This document shows, piece by piece, positions 16,794 to 24,342 of a stretch of DNA of 24,342 nucleotides. The position numbers were made by a program, and so were the translations under genes. Within the stretch, counting starts at the first letter, position 1, and each line of letters starts with the position of its first letter. The stretch lies in contig JBBRXO010000033.1 of the NCBI GenBank assembly GCA_038248345.1, positions 1-24,342 on the forward strand, given 5' to 3'. The DNA is from Armatimonadota bacterium. Its GTDB lineage: Bacteria; Armatimonadota; Hebobacteria; CAIYQO01. Below the pieces are notes generated by a model. That model did not search any database, was not told the DNA's origin, and was given only the letters and a program-made list of their open reading frames with translations.

Positions 16794-19640
16794 TTAATTA
16801 TCCGTAATACGCATGACGCCGATCAGTTTCCCGGAGACGCCATACCGGTAGATCTGCCAGGAATCTTGTGACCAGCTCAAGCGTTGGTCGTAATAGTTTG
16901 GCACAACCCGCGTATGGAGAAATTGTGGGAAGAACAAGCGCGAAACCAGCAAGTGATTGAACGATTTTATTTCAAAGGTCTCGTATTTTGTCAGCCGCTG
17001 TTCTACCAGAGTTGATCCGCTGCGCACGGAATGCCAGGCTGGCTGGTCGTCGGGCGGCAGTAGAAGAATGCCGCGCATCTGCAGGCGTTCCTTTGCCGAT
17101 GAGATTGCTGCTTTCGCTTTAGCGTCCGCGTTATTATCTACCAGCGAATCAATGGTTGCTTGATACCGCAGATAAAGCTGCATATCATTCTTCACCGTAT
17201 TTAATGCTCGTTCGATAATATCCTTGGCGGATTCCTTATGCGTAGGATCAGTGCGCCATAACGGCAGGCAGGTTGCCTGTACCAGTCTATCCAGTTCGAT
17301 CCACTGGTCATTATAGGATATCGTAGTATTCTTCATGATGCGTGCTTTGGCGGTATCGAATTCCGCCTTGGAGACCTTATATTCGGTATAGCTTTGTTGC
17401 AGTAATTGCCGATCATCGGCTGATAGATGCGCCCGCAACATTTGTCCGGCAAAATCCTGTCCGTCACCGAGGGCACAGGCAAAAGCAGCCCCCCAATCGG
17501 AGATATCGTAAATCGGCACTTCGCCAGTGGGGATTAGCATTTTGGTGTCATACCCGATAGTGGTATCTCCTCCGGCACTATTAAAGTCGATGATACGCCC
17601 CTGGGCATCATATGTGCGGAGATCATTATCACCATAGGCGACAGTGATAAAGCCAGGGGCGGAATACTGGTCACCATTATATGCAAAAACCCCGATATCT
17701 ACTCGATTCGACTCCAGAGCAGACCCCGGGGAGATGGCGAAACGTTCATGATAGGCGATGGTGATCTCGGCTTCACTTCCATCAGCGCTAGGAACGATTT
17801 GGATACGCGCCGGGTCTCCCTGCAGGATCACCCAGCGGAAAGAGAGGGTTTTTTTGTTGAGATCAAAACTATCTTTGGCGCTGATTGTAAAATGCAGGTC
17901 GCGCTCCAGCTGCCGGTGAACAAATGCGATGGTGGCAGGTGTGTCGACGATGCTGCCGGCGGCCCATCTTCCACGCTGGTTGCGGTTTTTGCCATCCTTC
18001 ATCGTCTGTAACTGAATCATCGGGGGAATGGTAGCAATTTTCATTGTGTGAGCGAGTTGCACCATCCGCTCTGGGTCGAGGTCGCTACCGTTGAAGACGG
18101 GCGGATTTGCTTTGCCGGTCAGGTACTCCTCGGGTGTTTTCGTACCCGCATAGGTTTGACGAAGAAGCGCCTGCACGGTGGGCATTAGCAACCCTTGCTT
18201 GATCAACTCTTTTTTGACATCCGGGGCAAAGGCGGCCATTGTAAGTGTGACTGCACTGAGAAAAGCCTGATCCGACCCGGATGAACCTTGTGAAGTCAGC
18301 AGATAAGGCGAATTGGAGGGCATCAAGTCGCCATATCCGACGCGGCCATTGTGTCCAAGTCGATAGTCTAGGTGTGCTGGATAGACGAACAGGTTATTCC
18401 CTCGGTACTGCTGGTAAAGCAGGTCCATGCTGCTTTGATTTAAATAGAGGCTACGGGGGTTGCATCCTGAGGCGTTCGGCTGTCCGGAAGTTGATGAATT
18501 ACCTATGGCGACATACGGAAGTACCTTTTTAGCAGTAACATAGTCATCACCTTTGATACGCTCTTTCGCGGTATAGCGCTGCAATTGTAATTGCGGGAAA
18601 GTGCGGAGATCAAGCATAGAATGCGCACGGTCGCGATTGTCATAGAAGTCACCATTATTGCCCGCGGCAGTGCCTTCCTTGAACCAGGCATTAACAAGTG
18701 CGCCCGCTTTTTCGTCACCCTGATACGGCAAACTTGGTTTGTTGGGGTCAACTACTGGCACCGGAGGATCAAGGATAGGATCAATGGTAGGGACTACTTT
18801 TGCCAGCATCTCTTCAACGCGGGGGAATTCTTTCGCGGTATCAGTAATGGGGAGATTCCCGGCGGCGACAAAGTCCACTTTTCCCCAGCCCAAATGATTC
18901 ATCCAAAAGAAATCGCGTTGCGGATGCTCTGCATTTATCAAATCAACTACGCGATATGCAGCCGATTGACTAGATGCGATATCCCCCCAGAATGACTCGA
19001 TACCCAGACGTAGTGACTCACCTGGTCGATAGGCGAGTCCATCGCGGCGCAGCATCTTCCAGTCGATACGCATTTCCTGGGTGTAGCCACGCTCATCCTC
19101 CTGTTTGATGAATGCCGCTTCTAGCCCATTGCCAACCGCTTCACCGATTGCTTTTTCTGTAACCTGACCTTGCTGCATACTTCCTACCACCACATAAGCG
19201 GTAGCGACTTCCTCATCAGTGCTCCAGTTACAGTCGATATGCACCACACGCCCACCTTCGGGCGGGCCGATGGGTTTTTCCGGTTCAGTCCAGAAACGAA
19301 GCTGAACGGCGTCGCCACACCACGCTTGGCCACTCCCGGGGCCGGTGTGATTTATCATCGGCGTCAAATCGAAAAAGCGGAAAGAAAGGTACAAGCCAAT
19401 GTCATCATACATTGTGGCGACGCGAACGGCGTGTAGTGGATTGTCCAGGTCGTCACAGATTAAAATCTCCCCAGAGGTGTCCCAATCATCCAGATTCCCA
19501 TCAATCTTAATTTCTCCCGGCGTGGGAACCGAGCGTAATACTGTATTCAGTGATGGTCGAACAGCGAGCGCCGCCGACATCCCTACCAATAGCAGGATGA
19601 GCATACCGAGGTGCTTCACACAGCAAGAAGGATTAAACAT
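16794..19640 (-). CDS. Large secreted hypothetical protein with N-terminal CBM9/DOMON-like domain
   Basis: Signal peptide-like LGMLILLLVGMSAALA. IKIDGNLDDW...MYDDIGLYL...GDAVQLRF...GYTQEMRIDW is typical of CBM9-like domains. Pro-rich linker followed by a large unassigned region. Confidence 0.75.
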   Translation of the reverse strand: MFNPSCCVKHLGMLILLLVGMSAALAVRPSLNTVLRSVPTPGEIKIDGNLDDWDTSGEILICDDLDNPLHAVRVATMYDDIGLYLSFRFFDLTPMINHTGPGSGQAWCGDAVQLRFWTEPEKPIGPPEGGRVVHIDCNWSTDEEVATAYVVVGSMQQGQVTEKAIGEAVGNGLEAAFIKQEDERGYTQEMRIDWKMLRRDGLAYRPGESLRLGIESFWGDIASSQSAAYRVVDLINAEHPQRDFFWMNHLGWGKVDFVAAGNLPITDTAKEFPRVEEMLAKVVPTIDPILDPPVPVVDPNKPSLPYQGDEKAGALVNAWFKEGTAAGNNGDFYDNRDRAHSMLDLRTFPQLQLQRYTAKERIKGDDYVTAKKVLPYVAIGNSSTSGQPNASGCNPRSLYLNQSSMDLLYQQYRGNNLFVYPAHLDYRLGHNGRVGYGDLMPSNSPYLLTSQGSSGSDQAFLSAVTLTMAAFAPDVKKELIKQGLLMPTVQALLRQTYAGTKTPEEYLTGKANPPVFNGSDLDPERMVQLAHTMKIATIPPMIQLQTMKDGKNRNQRGRWAAGSIVDTPATIAFVHRQLERDLHFTISAKDSFDLNKKTLSFRWVILQGDPARIQIVPSADGSEAEITIAYHERFAISPGSALESNRVDIGVFAYNGDQYSAPGFITVAYGDNDLRTYDAQGRIIDFNSAGGDTTIGYDTKMLIPTGEVPIYDISDWGAAFACALGDGQDFAGQMLRAHLSADDRQLLQQSYTEYKVSKAEFDTAKARIMKNTTISYNDQWIELDRLVQATCLPLWRTDPTHKESAKDIIERALNTVKNDMQLYLRYQATIDSLVDNNADAKAKAAISSAKERLQMRGILLLPPDDQPAWHSVRSGSTLVEQRLTKYETFEIKSFNHLLVSRLFFPQFLHTRVVPNYYDQRLSWSQDSWQIYRYGVSGKLIGVMRITDN

Positions 19641-19797
19641 AATTGCCTCGCATCCGGTTAAATATAGTTACCGGTTAAGCTCAGGCCGCTAGTAGTGAAA
19701 AAAAATTCTGCCCGGCATCCCGCGGCGTCATGAAGCCCAGCATTCTATCTATACAAAGATATCATGACTATTTTCGGGGTTTGGGCAGTAAAACCTT

Positions 19798-21687
19798 TTA
19801 ATTCAGTGGCATTCTTACAATGAATATTCTTCCTGCATCAGTGTAGGCAAATATATCGTGGTTAATTTCCGTCAGGAGCTTGCCGGTGGCGGGCGTCAAA
19901 CGTTCCAATAGTGATCGGGAGATGTCCCAGTGGAACATGAATCCACCCGCGATGCCGTAGAGTTCACCCTGCAGAGTGTTGAGTAAAGTGGTGATGGGAC
20001 CGAGGGGAAAGTCACCGCTTTCCAGAATGACTCCATCGGCGATATTTATTACCGCATAGCGGGCGTCGCCATCGGTAACGTAGGCGTGGCCACCCTCTGT
20101 TGCCCACACCTGTACCGTCTCAGCATCAGAAAAAGGCGTAATACGGCGGACTACTTGCTGCGTGTAAGGATCCCAGCAGACCAGCGCCGCGCTATCGCCT
20201 TCATTGCGCGGTGCGCCACCGATAACAAACAACTCATTAAGTCTATCCACCACCAGTGAAGTGATGTTATGATCGGGGATGATCTCCGGGAAGGTTTTCA
20301 GGGTGCTCCCTGTGGGGTTCAACTGCACCAGTGCTCCGTCAGTAGTCTCACCGCCGAAGGTGACGAAATATACCTCGCGCCCATGGTGCACCATCGGCCC
20401 CAGTGGACGCAGCAGCGATTCGTCGAGTAGACCTATCAACTGCGGATTATCGCCCAACCGGTGCGGGTATTCCGGGTAATAGGCCATTACGCCGCAATCA
20501 TTGGCAAAGCCCATGAAGAGCCGCTCGCCCGCAAAACCGAAAGCAGAGACTTCACCCGGGAAAGAAGCGGCAACGAACAGCGGAGCCAACTCCTCTGTTG
20601 CCGGATCCCATTGCCCCACTTGCATCGATCCACCGGGCGCGTAGTAAAGTTTATGATCGGGGCCGATGCCCAACGCCACGATCTCCATGCCGTTTTGAAT
20701 CAGATTCGGGGTGGCGTGCAGTGTGAACATCCGCTTATCTGCCGAGGAGAGCACCAACCTGCCCTGGCTGGTGAGACCTGCAATTCGCCCTTCTGGCAAA
20801 CCGACAAAGAGCATGGGGTCGCCGGGCATGGGGATACCTAGTTGCTCCCACGCAGCATCGCGCCAGCGATATATTGCCCCATTGGCGCAGCCAGATGCGA
20901 GGATATCCGTGCCCACCCGTGTCAGGCAGTGAACCCTGTTGCCGTCTGGTAATTCGGGCCAATCTGCCAGTACCGTAAAACAGTGGGGTTCCAACTGGCG
21001 GATATGCCCGGAGGAAGCAACGGTGAGCAGACTACCATCAGCGAGTGAGACCACGTGCTCCAGTGCATATTCCTCCACTACCCCCGGCAAAGTGGCGCGT
21101 TCCCAGGTTTTGCCATCAGCGGTGATGAGTAACGCTTCCGGGTGTGTTCCATGTACGAAAGCGGCGATGCGGCCGTCAGGCAATTCGGCGAAGGCGTTGA
21201 CAGCGCAGCTGCGCAGCGCGCTCTGGCACAGGTAAAGATAGTGGCCGACGCTACCCGTCTCTGGGTCGTACTCTACCACGGTACCCTCATGCGAACTGCC
21301 GAAGAACAGTTTACCCGTGGAAGAAACGAAACCGTTGACCAGACCGCCATTATGCAGCAGCTCGCCCAGCTCTTCGAGCGCCCCGTTAGTCGGGTCAAAG
21401 CGATAGAGCTTCCCCGATTCTGTGCCCAGGTAGACCGTCCCATCCAGTCCCACCAGCGGTGTCGCGGAGGTCTCACCGGGTAACGGATAAGAGCGCGTAA
21501 CCAAGTCGGTAAGAATACTCACCAGCACGCGCGCCGCGCCGGTGGTACTGGAGAGCACGCTGATGAGTTCAACCCCACCAGGCGTCGTGTTTAACACCAC
21601 TGGTGGTGTGCAGATGGGCAGTGGCATGAGGATATCCGGTAATGGGGTGCAATTCGCCATCGTAAGCGCGTCAGATACTAAGAGCAT
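19798..21687 (-). CDS. Multi-bladed beta-propeller protein (PQQ/WD40-like), no evident signal peptide
   Basis: Repeated blades such as GLDGTVYLGTESGKLYRFDPTNG, TGKLFFGSSHEGTVVEYDPETG, IGPDHKLYY...GQWDPATE, LVQLNPTG. GAGGAG SD upstream. Confidence 0.75.
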   Translation of the reverse strand: MLLVSDALTMANCTPLPDILMPLPICTPPVVLNTTPGGVELISVLSSTTGAARVLVSILTDLVTRSYPLPGETSATPLVGLDGTVYLGTESGKLYRFDPTNGALEELGELLHNGGLVNGFVSSTGKLFFGSSHEGTVVEYDPETGSVGHYLYLCQSALRSCAVNAFAELPDGRIAAFVHGTHPEALLITADGKTWERATLPGVVEEYALEHVVSLADGSLLTVASSGHIRQLEPHCFTVLADWPELPDGNRVHCLTRVGTDILASGCANGAIYRWRDAAWEQLGIPMPGDPMLFVGLPEGRIAGLTSQGRLVLSSADKRMFTLHATPNLIQNGMEIVALGIGPDHKLYYAPGGSMQVGQWDPATEELAPLFVAASFPGEVSAFGFAGERLFMGFANDCGVMAYYPEYPHRLGDNPQLIGLLDESLLRPLGPMVHHGREVYFVTFGGETTDGALVQLNPTGSTLKTFPEIIPDHNITSLVVDRLNELFVIGGAPRNEGDSAALVCWDPYTQQVVRRITPFSDAETVQVWATEGGHAYVTDGDARYAVINIADGVILESGDFPLGPITTLLNTLQGELYGIAGGFMFHWDISRSLLERLTPATGKLLTEINHDIFAYTDAGRIFIVRMPLN

Positions 21688-21792
21688 AATACTACCAACT
21701 CCTCGCGGATTAAGAACACATTAATCTAATGAGAATGTAACACATATAGCAGGTGCCAACAAGGGGAGAGCACGACAATTGATGAGCGCCAA

Positions 21793-22413
21793 CTAAGAGT
21801 CAACCGCAATTTTAGCTGGTCGCTCGGTGGCGTTCCACCGGTTCATCGCGGCGGCCATCCCTTCTTTTACCCAGGTTTCCAATGCGCGCACGGCGCGGTC
21901 GCGGGCGTCCGCGATCAGCACACGCTCCTCGGAGAGCGGGCGGCTGAGTACATAGTCGGCCATATCCATCCCCGGCGGCGGCGCGTTGACACCTACCCGC
22001 AGGCGTGGATAATCACTGGTGCCCATGCGGTTGGTGATATTCCAGAGGCCGTTATGGCCGCCATCGCTACCGCTGGCGCGCAGGCGGATTTTGCCAGCAG
22101 GGAGATTGATGTCATCGCAAACGACCATGATATTTTTAGTATTTATCTTGTAAAACCGCGCCGCCGCCCCCACCGCTTCGCCGCTCAAATTCATCAGAGT
22201 ATGGGGCTTCAGCAGGAGCACCCGCCGCCCGCCCAGCTGCACAGTCGCCTCATCCGCGCGGAACTTCCCCTTGCGAAATTGCACATTCAATTGCCGCGCC
22301 AGCTCATCCACCACCTCAAATCCCACATTGTGTCGCGTCCGTTCATAAGCCACCCCGATATTGCCCAATCCCACTATCAACAGCATCTCCGCTGTCGAGT
22401 TCGATGAATTCAT
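21793..22413 (-). CDS. pth: Peptidyl-tRNA hydrolase
   Basis: LIVGLGN.G..YERTRHNVGF, LLKP.T.MNLSG, DDINL..G.IRLR..GSDGGHNGL, YPRLRVGV, DYVLS. ATG 22413 is preferred over TTG 22419 on SD spacing. Confidence 0.97.
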   Translation of the reverse strand: MNSSNSTAEMLLIVGLGNIGVAYERTRHNVGFEVVDELARQLNVQFRKGKFRADEATVQLGGRRVLLLKPHTLMNLSGEAVGAAARFYKINTKNIMVVCDDINLPAGKIRLRASGSDGGHNGLWNITNRMGTSDYPRLRVGVNAPPPGMDMADYVLSRPLSEERVLIADARDRAVRALETWVKEGMAAAMNRWNATERPAKIAVDS

Positions 22414-22435
22414 GCTCAATTTCCCTCGCCTATTC

Positions 22436-22444
22436 AGTATAACA
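22436..22444 (-). promoter_or_regulatory. Extended -10 promoter of pth
   Basis: Minus strand TG-T-TATACT, 22 nt upstream of ATG 22413, followed by a GAGGG SD. Confidence 0.6.
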
Positions 22445-22518
22445 GACAGGGGGCAGGTAGAGGAATGTGCATGGGGATAATCGGGCGGGGGTACGCACTT
22501 CCTCTCGCCGGGGCCGTA

Positions 22519-22646
22519 GTCTGAACCCAGATTTATAGGATTTAAAGGATTTTATTGATAATTTATTGCTCGGGGGAAATATCTCATCAACCCAACGGCC
22601 CAGTTATTAGGAAAATCCATATAATCATGAGAATCCGGGTTCAGAC
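22519..22646. repeat. 128-bp MITE-like element with 35-bp imperfect terminal inverted repeats of 9-bp periodicity
   Basis: gtctgaacccagatttataggatttaaaggatttt (22519-22553) versus aaaatccatataatcatgagaatccgggttcagac (22612-22646): 27/35 complementary, outer 15 bp 14/15. Confidence 0.75.
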
Positions 22647-22705
22647 AAATGATGGCGCTCCCAGCGCTTATCTACTCCCCATGTCAACAAATTCCCACAA
22701 ATGTT

Positions 22706-22732
22706 TTAGCACTCCACTATTGACACTGCTAG
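22706..22732. promoter_or_regulatory. CIRCE-like HrcA operator 1 (overlaps -35)
   Basis: TTAGCACTC-N9-CACTGCTAG: perfect left arm, right arm 6/9 to GAGTGCTAA. Confidence 0.75.
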
Positions 22733-22747
22733 TTTCTTTGTTATAAT
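22720..22747 (+). promoter_or_regulatory. Consensus sigma70 promoter of groES
   Basis: TTGACA (22720-22725), 16-nt spacer, TG-n-TATAAT (22742-22747). Confidence 0.9.
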
Positions 22748-22757
22748 AAGGCCGTAG

Positions 22758-22784
22758 TTAGCAGTCTCATTGGTTGACTGCTAA
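22758..22784. promoter_or_regulatory. CIRCE HrcA operator 2
   Basis: TTAGCAGTC-N9-GACTGCTAA: perfect 9-bp inverted repeat with one symmetric change from the CIRCE consensus, just downstream of the -10 box. Confidence 0.92.
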
Positions 22785-22842
22785 TTTTAGTGTCGGGAGA
22801 AGCCCGGAACTAGAATAAAAAGTTTTAAAGAGGAGGAATATC

Positions 22843-23121
22843 ATGCTCAAACCGTTGGGTGACAAGATCGTCGTGAAGCCGGCTGCTGCGGATGAAAAGA
22901 CCGCAGGCGGCATTTACGTCCCTGACACCGCCAAGAAGAAGTCCACCGAGGGCGAAGTCGTCGCTGTGGGCCGTGGCAAGTTCGAAAATGGCGCTATCGT
23001 AGAGCCGGAAGTCAAAGTGGGTGACGTGGTCATCTACAGTAAGTACGGCGGCACCGAAGTAACCATTGGCGGCGTAGACTACGTGATCCTGGACGAGGAC
23101 AGCATTCTGGCGGTGAAATAG
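22843..23121 (+). CDS. groES: Co-chaperonin GroES
   Basis: [65 protein letters not shown]. Confidence 0.99.
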   Translation: MLKPLGDKIVVKPAAADEKTAGGIYVPDTAKKKSTEGEVVAVGRGKFENGAIVEPEVKVGDVVIYSKYGGTEVTIGGVDYVILDEDSILAVK

Positions 23122-23164
23122 GGCGTAAAGCCTTATCCCGTCCCATTCTATACTGAAGGAGTTT

Positions 23165-24340
23165 TTAAAACAAAGAGGACCTATATATGGAGGAAGTGCA
23201 GGAGCAATAATTTTTGGTAACAAAATCGATACCCATGACGATGGCCCCGATCGGCTTCGCCGTCCCCGCCAGCGGGCCGTCCCCTTCCATACCGACGATC
23301 CCATCGACGATGGCCAAGTGCGGCATGTGCGTGAGTGCAATATCGACGATGCTGTTCGGGATGCCGCGCCAATGGAGTTCGTTCTTCGGCCAGCCGTAGC
23401 AGATGCCGGGCAGCGACCCGAAGAGATTCTTCAAGCTCAGCGTCGCCCCGGCCCAGTGGTGCGTCTTCAACTTCGGCAGCGACACGAACACGTCCGCATC
23501 GAGCACCGTCCGCGAAAGGTACAGGTATTCCAGCCCCGTGGTGCGGCCGAGGTTCAGCGTCTTCACCGGTTCGTCGTGGTTAATGTCCACGAAGCGCACG
23601 CCGTGCTTGCGGAGGACATCCCCCAGTCCGCTGGCGTTGACGAGGTATTGCACGTTCCGCCAGTGCCCCGGCCCCTCCGCGACGATGATCTCAGCGGCCC
23701 CTTCGCGCTTGAAGAATTCGATCACGCCATCGACGAAGCGCGGATCGGTGTTGATGACCTTCCCCCGGCTGAACTCGACGAGGTTCGGCTTCAACACGAC
23801 CTTCTTCCCCGCAACTGGAACATGCTGGCGGAAGTGCTCGAACTGGGCGTGCAGAATCTCGGCGATGGGTGAGTCGTAGCTGTCGGCCTTGGCGATGTGG
23901 ACGGCCGAGGTGACCGGTAACGGACGCATCGCCGCGGTGCCGTTGATGACGAAGCCGCGCATCTTCGAACGCAGCTTCCCGAAAAATCCCGTGGCATCGC
24001 TAGTCGCCGGGGCCGCTTGATCTTTCGCACTGACGCGGGTGCTGCCGACGACCGCGTGCGTGGCGACCGTCGGCGTGTCGGTGAGTAAGAATGGGTTGCG
24101 CGAATCTGTGTTGAGTGCCAGCGAAGCGAGGGCCAGTCGCATCGGGCCGGCGCCGAGTCCATTGGTTTGTGAAGTTTCCTCTGCCAACCCCGCATTCAAC
24201 CGCTCGTCGATCACTGGCAGTGTGTCTCGCGTCGCGGAATCATCCGCGTGGCAACTCAGCGCGATCTTGATCCACGCGAGGTTTTCCACATCGGTCGTCT
24301 GCCCCGCGACCACGCGCAGATACCCCTTGGCCGCGTCGAT
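23165..24340 (-). CDS. DUF362-domain protein, 5'-partial at the window edge and apparently C-terminally truncated at about 23225
   Basis: VVLKPNLV, IIVAEGPG, VSLPKLKTHHWAGATLSLKNLFG, AIVDGIVGMEGDGP. The frame is open to the window end. After IVMGID the sequence (FVTKNYCSCTSSIYRSSLF) looks like read-through into unrelated AT-rich DNA. Confidence 0.85.
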   Translation of the reverse strand: MDAAKGYLRVVAGQTTDVENLAWIKIALSCHADDSATRDTLPVIDERLNAGLAEETSQTNGLGAGPMRLALASLALNTDSRNPFLLTDTPTVATHAVVGSTRVSAKDQAAPATSDATGFFGKLRSKMRGFVINGTAAMRPLPVTSAVHIAKADSYDSPIAEILHAQFEHFRQHVPVAGKKVVLKPNLVEFSRGKVINTDPRFVDGVIEFFKREGAAEIIVAEGPGHWRNVQYLVNASGLGDVLRKHGVRFVDINHDEPVKTLNLGRTTGLEYLYLSRTVLDADVFVSLPKLKTHHWAGATLSLKNLFGSLPGICYGWPKNELHWRGIPNSIVDIALTHMPHLAIVDGIVGMEGDGPLAGTAKPIGAIVMGIDFVTKNYCSCTSSIYRSSLF

Positions 24341-24342
24341 GC

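Noticed and set aside
22459..22505. Possible stem agaggaa-t-gtgc...gcac-ttcctct upstream of pth
   Set aside because: Imperfect, with a large loop and no recognisable RNA family. It could be chance.
23187..23210. Mini-ORF MEEVQEQ after groES with SD-like GAGGA
   Set aside because: Only 7 codons and next to a suspect junction. No evidence for function.
1651..24195. Numerous overlapping antisense or alternate-frame ORFs in the track (e.g. 1651-2274, 3739-4431, 8675-9451, 22825-23340, 23318-23872)
   Set aside because: They shadow well-supported genes in GC-rich coding DNA and show no protein motifs.

Overview
Bacterial chromosomal window that is mostly housekeeping. In order: secreted tandem cyclophilin (-), valS, a stand-alone IS200/IS605-type HUH (Y1) transposase framed by a 50-bp inverted repeat made of twin hairpins, YhaM-like exoribonuclease, rpoD with a large insertion, a decayed AAA-ATPase/TOPRIM cassette, ROK kinase, HD hydrolase, a GT4-GT9 fusion glycosyltransferase, trxA-trxB, four poorly characterised minus-strand genes (barrel-sandwich-hybrid protein, TraF-like outer-membrane barrel, 948-aa secreted protein, beta-propeller), pth, and groES under a sigma70 promoter with two CIRCE boxes. 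Where groEL is expected, the sequence switches abruptly at about 23225 to a GC-richer segment carrying a C-terminally truncated DUF362 gene, which is either a chimeric join or a rearrangement. The best candidates for undescribed biology are the REPtron-like TnpA element, a set of small intergenic repeat elements with 7-, 8- and 9-bp periodicity, and the orphaned TOPRIM gene with its remnant ATPase tail. No rRNA, tRNA or CRISPR array was seen. All family assignments are by-eye motif recognition; no searches were run.
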